Source: an uncultured virus (IMG/VR IMGVR_UViG_3300023117_000015) (Duplodnaviria; Heunggongvirae; Uroviricota; Caudoviricetes). Taken from it: 64,000 nt of DNA. How positions within the stretch are numbered: the first letter of the stretch is position 1; each line of letters starts with the position of its first letter. Location of the stretch: the IMG/VR virus record IMGVR_UViG_3300023117_000015; one strand, 5' to 3'. Both the position numbers and the translations under genes were made by a program. The notes under the pieces were generated by a model. It did no database searches. It was not told the origin of the DNA and saw only the letters and a program-made list of their open reading frames with translations. Of the stretch, positions 19,350-31,000 are shown piece after piece.

Positions 19350-21290
19350 TTAAATATTAATATCACTATTATAGATATTTTGGGCCTGCACCAAGCACAT
19401 AACTCTCATTCCATTTCCATTGGGTAGAGTTGACCTTATACCTTGATATCTTCTATAATCTATGTTTGTACCATCGTATTTGTATGTTTGCATTGGGACA
19501 TTACTACTTTCCGCGACAACTTCAGCAGACGAGAAACAAATCAAGTCCATTTCTTCTTTAGGATACATGTACCTTTGACTGGTAAGTCCTGTAGGAAATG
19601 TAATTACAAATCTGTTATCGTCCGTAATTGCAAGTTGTTCTTGCGGATTTATAATTGCATTACTATCTGTCTGGTGTTTTGTAGCTCGTTTGTGTGCGTC
19701 CCAAGGTTTCAATATATCCATTTCTCTAATAACAAATCTCCATATTTTTTTCTCTAAAAATTCATCTGCGAGATAGTCTTCTCTATCATAAGGATTTAAA
19801 ATGTATAGTGAATCTGTTAACTCAGAAACATTATAACTATTTCCTTGTGGATCGTATATCGGCCCCAATTCGTTGTCTACTGTTTGTAAGTTTGCAGCAG
19901 ATTCTGAAAAATAAACCCCAAAATCTCTAGGCGTTATTCCTTCTCTAGAACATGAATAAATGCAGTGTACAGGAAAACGACTGGCCTCATCAGTTCTTGG
20001 CAATCCAGTTTCGTTATTAACTGTTCTTTGACAACAAATCCATGCATAGTTATCATTTTCATCTACGCCAGCTTCATTGTATAATGCTAAGAAAAATCCT
20101 CTTTCTGTAAGGGTGACTCTGTATGTTATTGGATATGTGCCGGCAACATTTGGATTTGCATCAGACGCAAGTGGAAATCTTTTAAACCAACCGGGCCCTT
20201 TTCGTTTATTTCTAAATCTAACAGAACGGGAATCAGAAGCAGGTTTGGTAACAACAATAACTGCACCATCAGCTGGGGCCACAGTAAAAGTTATATTATT
20301 TCCACTAACTGTATAATCTACTGCAAGAGTTTTAGTTGTTCCATCTACAACAACCGTATCTGTATTTGCAAATGATGGAATTTGTGTTATTGTAAATAGA
20401 GTTGTTTCCCCATCGCCCACAAATTGTTCTGATTGCGCCGTAGCAACCCAAGTAATATCTTCGTGATTGATATCTACAATTTCCCCAGGCAATCTAGAGA
20501 CAGCTGTATTAATTGTTAATCCATTTTCGAGTGTAATTAATCCATCATTATAAGATAAATTATCTGACGTATTACCATCAATAAAAATTTGATTTTTAGT
20601 TCCAGTTTGAATTTTTAACCATGTGTAGGCTGGATTTGGAATACCAATACTATTTTCCCAACCTGTATTTAACAAAACATTAATTTGGTTATATCCTATA
20701 TGTGCTGGAAATGCTTGCGCAAACTCTGTGTCATCTATTGTATTTCCAGTGACATATTCTACACCACCAATTTCTCTCAATTTAATATTTAATTGGTATA
20801 GTTCGTAGGCAAATTCTTTGTCTTCAGCATACAACCTTGGTCTTTCGTCGTATTCCATTCTCATTCTATATTTTTGATCTACACCTCTGGTTACTGTTCC
20901 TTGATTTGGTGACATATAATCAGATGTTTCCAGAATCACCACATGCTGTAATTTTATTCCGGCTCTAGGAGAAGAAGGTGCGTCTACTCCAAAGTTTGCT
21001 GTACCAGAATAATCCAATCCAGCGCTTGGATCCCCAATTTCTGTAAAAAAGTTTCTGGTTATATCGTTACCAGTGACTGCATCTACAAGTTTATTCGATT
21101 GCTCAGGAACACCATCCCACATTTGCCAAGATCTTATCAAATCTTGTCTAAGAGTATCTAACAAGCCAGCATTATCAATTGGGGCCCCACTACTAGAAAA
21201 CCCGCCTGGTCCCTCAATTTTAGTAAGACCTACTCTTATAGTTGATGCCCCATAATGTTTAAATGTATTTAAATCTATCGGTGTCGTCAT
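19350..21290 (-). CDS. Virion structural protein, shortest paralog family member (646 aa)
   Basis: REMDILKPWDAH..DSNAIINPQEQLAITDDNRFVITFPTGLTSQRYMYPKEEMDLICFSSA..STLPNGNGMRV; one FVGDGETTLFT..DYTVSGNNITFTVAP module. Confidence 0.8.
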   Translation of the reverse strand: MTTPIDLNTFKHYGASTIRVGLTKIEGPGGFSSSGAPIDNAGLLDTLRQDLIRSWQMWDGVPEQSNKLVDAVTGNDITRNFFTEIGDPSAGLDYSGTANFGVDAPSSPRAGIKLQHVVILETSDYMSPNQGTVTRGVDQKYRMRMEYDERPRLYAEDKEFAYELYQLNIKLREIGGVEYVTGNTIDDTEFAQAFPAHIGYNQINVLLNTGWENSIGIPNPAYTWLKIQTGTKNQIFIDGNTSDNLSYNDGLITLENGLTINTAVSRLPGEIVDINHEDITWVATAQSEQFVGDGETTLFTITQIPSFANTDTVVVDGTTKTLAVDYTVSGNNITFTVAPADGAVIVVTKPASDSRSVRFRNKRKGPGWFKRFPLASDANPNVAGTYPITYRVTLTERGFFLALYNEAGVDENDNYAWICCQRTVNNETGLPRTDEASRFPVHCIYSCSREGITPRDFGVYFSESAANLQTVDNELGPIYDPQGNSYNVSELTDSLYILNPYDREDYLADEFLEKKIWRFVIREMDILKPWDAHKRATKHQTDSNAIINPQEQLAITDDNRFVITFPTGLTSQRYMYPKEEMDLICFSSAEVVAESSNVPMQTYKYDGTNIDYRRYQGIRSTLPNGNGMRVMCLVQAQNIYNSDINI

Positions 21291-21335
21291 ATTTTTACTC
21301 TTTTTGATTTATAGATAATTATATTTATCTCGTTT

Positions 21336-21926
21336 TCAGCCTTCTATTCCATAAAATCCAATTTTAACTGCAATATCATATAAACCAGAACCATTGGGTA
21401 TAAATTCTTCATCATCTGAAAATGCCAATACTGCTATTTGGTGGTCAGATAATTGTGGTATGAAAAAACTAGAAACTATTTCTCCCCCAACTGTCCCATC
21501 ATCTTTTTCCAATGCCGCGCCAATCTCTTCGTTTACAAAAAGATTATTAGCCCAAGTTTGCGAATCTTCCATCAAAAAATAACCAATTGTGTAAAATCCA
21601 TTTGTTTTAAATTTTAAATCTACATTAATTGTAGTTAAAGCGATTGGACATTCATTTGGATCTATGCCTAAATCTATTAGACTTTGATTTGTCACAAGTG
21701 GGCCACGAAATGCAACATCTCTAATTGGCGTATAAAGCGCTGGTTGCAATGTTGAATGATAACTCTTTAACATTACATTTGCATTAATGTTTGTCCCATA
21801 TATAGTGCCAGCTGATACTGATTGAGTGGCATTTTCAAGACCCTGCAACCTAACAGAATAAACAAAATTATCTTCTTGATTTGAACTTGTCCAAGGACTT
21901 GTCACTATAGTATCCATTATCTCCAC
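21336..21926 (-). CDS. Hypothetical protein (beta-rich, possibly fibre-associated)
   Basis: 196 aa ORF overlapping the end of the upstream fibre gene; GAGG RBS. Confidence 0.6.
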   Translation of the reverse strand: MEIMDTIVTSPWTSSNQEDNFVYSVRLQGLENATQSVSAGTIYGTNINANVMLKSYHSTLQPALYTPIRDVAFRGPLVTNQSLIDLGIDPNECPIALTTINVDLKFKTNGFYTIGYFLMEDSQTWANNLFVNEEIGAALEKDDGTVGGEIVSSFFIPQLSDHQIAVLAFSDDEEFIPNGSGLYDIAVKIGFYGIEG

Positions 21927-23962
21927 CCACTTCCTCTATGTTTAATTGTATAATATGTCATATCATAAGAAGAATGCTGACGGGAAACACCGTCCGGTCC
22001 AGTGACATAAAAATCAAACTTATTTTTGTCTCTCCACTCATAATATGCGATCCAAATCGGATAGTATTTATCTTTAGTGAGATAAACATTACCACTTGTG
22101 TTACATTTGTAACGACGGTTTCCAAGATACCCCGTCACTTTATTACTATCAGTCGATTGTCCAAATCCTTTATCTTTACCACCATGAACTGCGTGTCTAC
22201 CAAGCCAAATAGCAGAACCATCATCCGAACATACTGTAAATTTAAAATGTCCAGTTTGTTTCGGAACAAAAAATCCTCTCCATTCATAAGTGTCAAGCAG
22301 CAAACGAGTGCCACCTCTGTCTATTTGTATTTTCCCAGTTCTGGTTGCCGTATAGGTTCCACCAACACCAAATCCAGAAGGGCCCCCATAGCTAAGTCTT
22401 AAATTTCCTGTGTCGTGATAATACTCCAAAAATCCATTTCCATATGTTGGTAAATCTTGAATATAGTTTCTCAATATATCACCAACTTTTGGTTTATCTC
22501 CATCATAGTAAAGAGTTTTTCCATTGTCACCAGTTATTTTCCAATCTCTTGTGCCAACCGAGTCAACATCAACTTTTGCAACTCGACTTCTACCATCATA
22601 TCGATCAACTTCAACAATTGAATCGCCTATCATTTCTGGTTCACTAAAAGTTGTTAAATTTCTTGCAATTGAAGTGTCTGTAGTAAAGTGTGGATAAACC
22701 TTTTTCCAAGAACCATTTTCCTTTACCCAAATATCTTTAGGTTCTTTCCAAACATTACTGTCTTTTACAAATATTTCTTTGGGAACCCACCATTTTGCTG
22801 TGCCATCATCTATTGACATTGGACTATCAATTGGTGACTTTATTGTTTGTGGCTTAATCAATGAAATTATATTTCTGTCGAACGTTGTACCCTTTACTGA
22901 CAATCTGTACCATTTATAAGTAGAAGGAGTTTCGAGTTTTGCACTTACATATAAATTACTATCTATATCTAGTCCACCATCGCCATACAAATCATTAAAT
23001 GTCCCATCGGTATTAAAAGTGAAGTGAAATTTTCTTTTCTGTTTTATAGTTTTTTCTATTTCTTTGTAAGTCGTAACATTTGAAATTCCAAATCTATGTT
23101 TTTGTCTTTCTGGACCATTTGGTTTGTTATATCTAAACTGTAAAATATGTTGTCCTGTTAAATGTTTAACTTTAAATTTATAATTAGTCCATACAGTATC
23201 AGAATCAGAATTTAAAGTAATTTTCAGCAGTTTTTGCGCACCTTCGGCCAATTCGACATTATCATCCAAACCACGAACATCTACTATCAATGTTTCGTCA
23301 CTGAGGGGCGTTTTTCCTCCGTTTGAATTATTACCAACAATTGCCCAAAACTCAATATAATCACTATCTGTCAAATCTAATGGTAAAGGAAATATTCCAC
23401 CACCAGCCGATGATGCAGACTCACCCCAATTATCTGGAGAAAATGATCTATATCCTGTTATTTTATCAAATTCCGAATTACTTGGTTTTGCAAAATCACC
23501 ACCATCTCCCGATCCATTTCCAAAATTGTGTCTGCGCACATCAAGTTTTTGATTGTATGTTTTTCTTGAATAACTCGAAGGTATCGAACCGGAACCAATT
23601 CTTCCAACCTCATACCAAGGTCCGTTAAAATCTACCGCACCTTCGAGTTTAACTATATCTTCTTTTGCGCCAAATGCCTCTGTCCAATCAACGTCCACTC
23701 TAATTGCTAGGTTATTATCAGAATCTTTGTATGAGTGGTTTGGACCAATAGAAAATGGTGGTGTGTAAACTCTCTGAGGAATATTGACTAAACTTTGTAA
23801 GAGATTACCTTCTGGCGGATAAACTTCTCGCAGATCTTCATATAATCTAGATTCTTCTCTTGGCAAACCTATAGCCTTTTTTCTATCCCAACGCAAATTT
23901 ATATTTGTCGAGATTTCAGTTGAAGTTTGAGAGATTGTATCGTCTTTGATTAGTAATGGCAT
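21917..23962 (-). CDS. Tail fibre / receptor-binding protein with a C-terminal PA14/GLEYA carbohydrate-binding domain
   Basis: WRGFFVPKQTGHFKFTVCSDDGSAIWLG and LTKDKYYPIWIAYYE match the PA14 pattern; internal IFVKDSNVWKEPKDIWVKENGSWKKVY fibre-attachment-type motif. Confidence 0.7.
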   Translation of the reverse strand: MPLLIKDDTISQTSTEISTNINLRWDRKKAIGLPREESRLYEDLREVYPPEGNLLQSLVNIPQRVYTPPFSIGPNHSYKDSDNNLAIRVDVDWTEAFGAKEDIVKLEGAVDFNGPWYEVGRIGSGSIPSSYSRKTYNQKLDVRRHNFGNGSGDGGDFAKPSNSEFDKITGYRSFSPDNWGESASSAGGGIFPLPLDLTDSDYIEFWAIVGNNSNGGKTPLSDETLIVDVRGLDDNVELAEGAQKLLKITLNSDSDTVWTNYKFKVKHLTGQHILQFRYNKPNGPERQKHRFGISNVTTYKEIEKTIKQKRKFHFTFNTDGTFNDLYGDGGLDIDSNLYVSAKLETPSTYKWYRLSVKGTTFDRNIISLIKPQTIKSPIDSPMSIDDGTAKWWVPKEIFVKDSNVWKEPKDIWVKENGSWKKVYPHFTTDTSIARNLTTFSEPEMIGDSIVEVDRYDGRSRVAKVDVDSVGTRDWKITGDNGKTLYYDGDKPKVGDILRNYIQDLPTYGNGFLEYYHDTGNLRLSYGGPSGFGVGGTYTATRTGKIQIDRGGTRLLLDTYEWRGFFVPKQTGHFKFTVCSDDGSAIWLGRHAVHGGKDKGFGQSTDSNKVTGYLGNRRYKCNTSGNVYLTKDKYYPIWIAYYEWRDKNKFDFYVTGPDGVSRQHSSYDMTYYTIKHRGSGWR

Positions 23963-23972
23963 TTAAATATCC

Positions 23973-24860
23973 TTATATTCTATACCAAACATCACCATTA
24001 TTTCCAACACTGTTGTTAGGATTTGCAGATGAAATATACTGATCGTGAACCGACTGATTACCTAAATTTCTATATGTAATAGATGTAATATGTCCAGCGG
24101 AATCTGTAGTAACTTTCCTAATGACTGTAGTACCCGTCATAGTATCCGAAGATGGATTAGTTCCTTGCAATGCGTGTGACAAAGTAACATCATTACCACT
24201 CACACTTCTTGTAATTAAAGAATTATCTGATAATACATTAGACGCAGATATTTTACCATCAATTTCTGTTGCTGAACTAGCTATTGCAGAACCAACATAT
24301 CCTAGTGCAGTCCTAATTGCAGAGACTTCTGCATCCAATGCTAGAACATCTAACTTAACATTATTGTTATTTGCAATTGTACCATCCGTATCTATATTAC
24401 CATCTGCATCAAAACCCAAAGATGTTAGTAATGAACTAATAAGTGAATCTGTCGCATTAGCCTGTACTTGTACTACCGAAGTAGCACTAGTTAGTGTTGA
24501 ATTTACATTATTAAGAGATTGTGTTAGTGTCTGATTGAGAGAATTAACACTACTATCAATCTGACCCGACAAATCACCAGACAATTTAACGTGTAAGGAC
24601 TCAATAGTGTTACTAATACTAGTCCCTCTATAACTAGCATCAATATCAGTTAAATTTCCAACAAGCGTTTCGACATTATCTGTTTTTGTTTTAACTTCGT
24701 TCACAGCACCAACAACATTTTGGGCCGTAGTGTTTAATCCATCGTCGGCACCAATCAAGTTCTGTGTATATAAAAGACTTGCTCTGTTTTGATTTGTTTT
24801 AGTTGCCCATGAATCAAATGTATCAGTTCTTAATACTTCAGATGTTGTTGGATATGTCAT
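23973..24860 (-). CDS. Short fibre / fibritin-like coiled-coil virion protein
   Basis: N-terminal V.RTDTFDSWATKTN and LNTTAQNVVGAVNEV motifs; C-terminal YISSANPNNSVGNNGDVWYRI, typical of phage fibres. Confidence 0.6.
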   Translation of the reverse strand: MTYPTTSEVLRTDTFDSWATKTNQNRASLLYTQNLIGADDGLNTTAQNVVGAVNEVKTKTDNVETLVGNLTDIDASYRGTSISNTIESLHVKLSGDLSGQIDSSVNSLNQTLTQSLNNVNSTLTSATSVVQVQANATDSLISSLLTSLGFDADGNIDTDGTIANNNNVKLDVLALDAEVSAIRTALGYVGSAIASSATEIDGKISASNVLSDNSLITRSVSGNDVTLSHALQGTNPSSDTMTGTTVIRKVTTDSAGHITSITYRNLGNQSVHDQYISSANPNNSVGNNGDVWYRI

Positions 24861-24861
24861 T

Positions 24862-25077
24862 TTAATTTCTCTCTAAAAGTTTAGTTAACATTTGTTTTAT
24901 TTCACTTACATCAGACTTTAGTTTTTCAATTTCTTCTCTCTTGTCTTGTTCCCTTGAAACTCGTTTAAGGTATTTAAGATATGCAGTATCGTCATTATTA
25001 ATAATTGCTTTAGAAAATGAATCTCTTAATAAATTTTTATCTTCTTTTACAATTAATTTTTTATTTTCCATACTCAT
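24862..25077 (-). CDS. Small conserved hypothetical protein of T4-like marine phages
   Basis: LLRDSFSKAIINND..YLKY..EIEKLKSDVSEIKQMLTKLL, recognisable as the small gene usually following the VrlC-like gene. Confidence 0.7.
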   Translation of the reverse strand: MSMENKKLIVKEDKNLLRDSFSKAIINNDDTAYLKYLKRVSREQDKREEIEKLKSDVSEIKQMLTKLLERN

Positions 25078-25084
25078 ATTTATA
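25077..25084 (-). promoter_or_regulatory. T4-type late promoter TATAAATA
   Basis: Exact motif abutting the annotated start; the real start is probably the second ATG (MENKK). Confidence 0.6.
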
Positions 25085-25093
25085 AACCTTTAT

Positions 25094-28000
25094 TTACTTC
25101 GCCAATGCAATAATTCTAAGATCTGTGACTTTTGGAACCACAGCTGTGTTATTTGACTTCAATACTATTTTGACACCCAAAGAAACAAATTCTTCTAAAT
25201 TTTGAACATCAAATTCATAATCTATAAAGCTACCATCGGGCGTGGGATTCGAAAATCCTTGTGGTTTAGTGAATTCTACATAAGGCATTTCTCTGTATAT
25301 ATCACCTTCGGAAGTTTTTATTTTATAATAGAAATCTATATCTGTATCAACTGGTTTTGAAACCGCAACCCTCATATTAATAGATGTTGCTGGATTTGCA
25401 AGTTTAATTTCTCTTGTGATATATTTCGCAAGTCCCGCGCCGCCCTGTGCGCTAGTTTCAAGATCCTCTTCTGGAGTATTTGAAACTACAAGTGGATTAT
25501 TAATTCTATTAGAAATAAGAGTTGCACTCACTCGTTGAAGATCTAACATTGGCGAAAGGTGAGATACATCACTGTTCAGTGTAATTTTATAAACAAGAGA
25601 TTTCCTATCTACATTATTACTTTGTCCAGCGAACCAATCTTCGTTAATAGAGTTTGAAACGAGTCTTGGAGTTTTAAAGAATGTATTTTCATTTGGTTCA
25701 AAATCTCTGTACAACAAATCTTTAACGCCAGGAGTATAAATTGTCTGACCAAGTGAGCCACCAGATGTTGTTTTCATTTGATATCTTATACTTGTATTTG
25801 GATAAGTTGTAGTTGTCAGTTGAGGACAAATAATATCATATCTGTAATTTACTAAAACATATGCAGAATCGATATCAGTTCTATATGGGTCTACGACAGC
25901 ATCAAACCTACCACTACTAGAAGCTGTTTCTGACGAACCAGGCAGTGGCCACAAGGTCTTTACAAAATCAGATGGAGCTCTGGAATAAGTTTGAGTACTA
26001 CCACCAAATTGTGTTGCCAATACGGCCGGATCAGTAGAAGTTAGATTATTTGTGTGATCTTGTATAGTAGATTGTTTTTGATTGTTTATATCAATTGTAA
26101 AAGAGTCTACATCAAACGCAACAACTTTATGGAAGCCGTTTATTTTACCACCACGAATTCCAGATGTGGCGCCAGTATCAGTTGTACCACCATAAATTGT
26201 CGTAGAAAGAAGTCCATCAATACCAACATAAAAGTTATTTGTATAATTTACTTCATCTACAATACCGTGATTTGGACAATGAATTTTGACTAATGTAGAA
26301 TCTTTTGTTGTTTCAATTGACCTTTTACCAAGTTTTACCTTTTGTACAATTTTAGAATTATCATCTTTTGGAGAATTTACAAAATAAACTTCTGATGGTC
26401 TAGAATTATCAAATTCCTGTCTGTAGAGTGTAAATTTAATATCTTCGTTTTGTTCTGCATTCCATGCTTGGTTATTTGAAGATTTAAACATAACTCCTGC
26501 ATTTGGTTGTTTTGAGATAATACCAGAACCATCAAGTGCTTGTTCTCCCAACCGTGACACATGTAATCTATAATCAACCGAGTCGGTGATAACTACAAAA
26601 CACACTTGAGTTCCTTCTTCTACATATACTGGTGAAGGAAATTTAAAATTAGTAGCTACACTACCATCAGCTGATGTAAATATTTTTTGACCAACATATG
26701 AAGCTTCACCGGTCGTTTCATCAATTTCAACCCCCCAAGCTGGTTCTAATACTGCCGCTTCCCCAATAATCATTTGGCCAGGATATCCATTAACAACATT
26801 TCTCAATTCTACTCTAATTGGAGTAAGATCCTTTGTTGGAATTCTTTGGAAAAACAAATCAATTGATGAAAGATAACATCCCCCAGCTGCTTCTGTCGAA
26901 TCCAACTCAAAAGTTTGTGCAATTGGGTCAAAGAAAAAGAAAAACGTGGCAGCTGCCGCGAGTGCACCTCTGCCATCAGAGCCTCTGCCATCAGAGCCGC
27001 TATCAGTTTCCTGAACTGGAGCCGGTAAAGTTCCATTTCCAGTAATAACTCTTCTGGTATCATTTTCAATAAGAGTTCTATTATCACTTAAAGCTGTATT
27101 GGTAAAATTAGGAACCCTCGTGTTTACAAAAGTTTCTTGTTTAGTGTCGATAAATCCAGAAGCAGCAAACATCGCAGATGCCTCAGTACCAACATCAGTA
27201 GAATTTGGAGTTGGCTGATCAGACAATCTGAATTCTTTTTCTCCGACTCTAAATCTAATGTTATCCGAGGATGGTAAATCGAAGAAACCACGAATAACTC
27301 CATTACTATTAGTTCTTAATGTTGCACTATCAAATTCTGACAAAAATCTACCAACAGGCATGGAGAGATCGCCTTGGAGTACAGACCCTTCCCCACCTCT
27401 AATAGTTAGTTGCATAGGTTCCCCAGCATTTGGGTCAGTTCCTTGGAAATCAATCCCCTCCAATGGTTCATCAGTTCTAGTAGTAAAGAATCTTAAACTA
27501 TTTGTAGAAACATATTCTACTCCATACACAATTCTTTCGGCGCCACTAGTTAATCCAACAAGTCTGGCCACCCCTAATTGTCTATTAATAAAATCAAAAA
27601 GCATTCCGTTTGGTCTAGAATCAGTTACACCCTGTCCTAATATTTCAAGAGCAGTTTGACCTAATGAGTCTACGACAACTTCATCAATTGGTGTGCAGAA
27701 TTCAGACACATCAATACCATCAAATGTTGCATAAAGTTTTGTAGTTTCCTTCATACCAGAGCCAGTAAAGAAAATTCTTTTTTCTCTCATAAAAGGTATA
27801 ATCTCAGTACTGATCATTCTATCACCAAAACTATCAGTAACAATAGAAGAATTGAGGTCAACTCGTCTACCCGTTCTTTCCTGATCCGTTAAAATATTAA
27901 ATGATTCAGTAACACTATCTTCCCAAGTAAGTGTGTTCCAATTTTCATCTCTTTCATTTTCTACCCTACTTACTATTTCCTCGCCTACATTTGTTGTTTG

Positions 28001-31000
28001 CCAAGAATTCCAATGTGTGCCCAAAATCCCCATTTCGTTTGCAAGGAATTCAAAGTTATCAAACATATTATCTCTATTAATTTCCAAATCTGGTCTTCTA
28101 TCAACTTCTCTCCAATCATCTGAACTTGGAGATAAAATTAGATTGCCCTTATACATTGCCTCTGCAAATGGATTTGGATTTACATATTTTGACGAAACTG
28201 TATTTTGGGCGACTACACTTTGACCAGCGAAAGGTAGATAAATTTGTCCATTGTGCATTTCATAATTATTAGAAACAACATCTGTCAAAACCATATTGAC
28301 ATTTCTTTCATCACCCTTTGGTCTCATAAGACGTTTTTTACCATCAACTGCAATAGAGTAATTGGGATCGAAAACATCACCAATGCCATGACCTACAAAC
28401 GGCTCAACAATAAATCCATTTTTAAATCTGTCTAAACCATTTTCATCCAAAATAACTAGATCTTTTGTTTCTTTTTCGAGCAAAGAAAGTGTAGTGTAGT
28501 ATTCTAATGTGTTAATTCTTTTTTCAAGTTTTCCGATATCTCGCATCGTGTATCGTTTATTTTCAACTTTTTCTATGATAATATCTTTTGGACTTAAAGT
28601 GAATGGTCTGTTTGACAATTTAAATAAAACCATACCTTCACTTGGGTCTTTTGGATATTGCGGACTCATAGAAGAAGCACCATAAATAACTTCAAATTGA
28701 CCGTTCTTGGTCAATATTACTTTATCTTTCCTTGGCAGATATTGACGATAATCAGTAATAACTGTCGTTTCATTTATAGGAAAATATACGTTATTTGCTG
28801 TTTCTCCAACTTTCAAAAAAACTTTATCAGGGTTAGTTGTGGCTGTAACAGCGGGTCTAAAATCAAGAACATCTGTTAAAAAATTACCTTCAAATTTTGG
28901 AATGCTTCTATAATCAACATTTCCATATGAGTTTACAGAAGCATAATCTCCTGAACTATGTGAAAAATAATCATAAACAACTACAGGTCTACCAGCACAA
29001 ATAGTTTCTCTTGGTTTCAGTCTGGCCTGCCCAAGTTTAAGTACGCCTGGTCTCTGTCCATTATCAAAATCGTAACTATCGGTGATGTCTAAAATTTTTG
29101 CCGGTTGTGAAATGCCGTTTCCAAAATTATATCCATGCGCCTGCGCTGGTGTATTTGGGATAGGAGTTCCTGCCGCAATAGCTATATTGTATTCTTTTGC
29201 AAACGGCGCATCTGGATAAAGAGCAGGATCGAGGTTATACGGATTTGTAACACCAGTTGCCTCGTAGTAACTCCAAGCCTTATAGGCAAACTCAAAGTCT
29301 TCCTTAGTCATATCACTAATATATTTTACCGTTCCAAAAATATCTGTTTGAAAGACCACATTCCAAGGATGGCATGTATCATAAATTGCGTGTAATTTAG
29401 AAATATCTGAATTTTTTAGTTGTAGATAATCTAAACTATAAGAAACTGAATTGGCATCACTAAACGTGCCGTTAAAAGAATTACCCAAGGTTCCTATGGC
29501 GTCACCTTCCGCCCCAAACTTATCATCAGTTTCCATAATGGTGGGTGTTATTGTCTCTGGATTTGTCGGTTTAGTTAAATCTGCGCCCGAAGAAGAATCT
29601 AACAAACTATACGGTAAGTCAACTTGTCCCAACACCAAAGTTTTAGTTTTTTCTTGTGGGACACTAATCACTGTTGGTGCTAGGAGAACAATTTGCGAAA
29701 TGCCGAGCGGGATTTGCTCTATAGTTATCTCTCTATTTCCTACAGCACTATTAAAACTAACCTCAATATTTCCAGCAAACTCAGTATCACTTAATTTGGG
29801 TTGGTTGTCTATAATTTCACCATATGTGGGAGTTGCACCACCACTGGTTTTTGTGTAAATTTGGTATCCATCATTAGAATCACTCCAAATTGGGTAAAAA
29901 GATTCATTCAAATTTGAAGTTACAATAGTTGCCGCCTGATTAGTAACTGAAGCTGTGTATTCTTTCAATAACGTATATGTTGTGTCATTTGTAATTGAAC
30001 CAGTCTGTTCATCAACATTTCTCAAAGAACTCACAAATTTACTTCCAGTTTTTACTATGTTAGAACCACCAGTTTCAAATACATTTTGGTGACTATAAAT
30101 TTGAGCGGTAAGTGATAATTCTGATCTTACTTCATCCTCAAACGCAATTCTTTCATTCGATGTCAGAATGCTATTAAAACCAGCATTTGTTCCGACTGTA
30201 TTACCATATCCTAGAGTCTTTACCAGAATATTGTTGTCTTCAGATGTATGATATACAATACCCAAAGAAGCTGGTAATGACGAACTTGGTGGACGATCTT
30301 TGCTCTTTATAATTTTTTTATCAATGCCACTAACGACTGCACTTGCATTATATAATTTATATTGACTTAGAACTGACCCAGTGAAATTAGGTTTTAAGTT
30401 AGAAGTATTGCCTGACGATTGTGAAATATACTCTGTGCCCGCGATACCACGAACATCTTCCCAAGAATATCTGTCCTTTTTAAGTCCAGTGTATGCATCT
30501 ACATATTCTGGAGTTCTGAATTCTACATCATACAAATAAACTTTGTAAATTAAATTTGTTCCCTGAGGAAGTGAACCGGGCGATGTGATCGTACCTGATG
30601 TAGCAAACAAAGATTTTTCATAATCATTTTCAAAATCGCCTGCATAATATTCAATAGATTTTATTTTTGCGGTCCCTACAACATCAATTTGATGTATATT
30701 CGCAGTTGTAATTGCATTAGTATCTGGCCATAGTTCTGATGTTGTATCTGAGGTTGTTACAAATCCGTTAGTTGTAGTATTATAGTAGTAAGTATTGCCT
30801 TGATACCAAGTGGTGTTTACAAGAATTGCTCTATCATTTATTTTTGGCAAAGACATCAAATCACTAACATAAATGTAATTGCCTAAATTTACAGGCAGTC
30901 TCACATTATTTTCTTGTTTTTCATCAAGTGCTCTTTTATAATTAATATGAGTTTTGCCAATTGTGTTAATTCTATATCCTTGCACATAAGCTTTACCACT

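Noticed and set aside
11008..21290. Diversity-generating retroelement or shufflon behind the paralogous blocks
   Set aside because: No reverse transcriptase or invertase in the window; the paralogs are diverged with no adenine-specific TR/VR pair or inverted crossover sites seen
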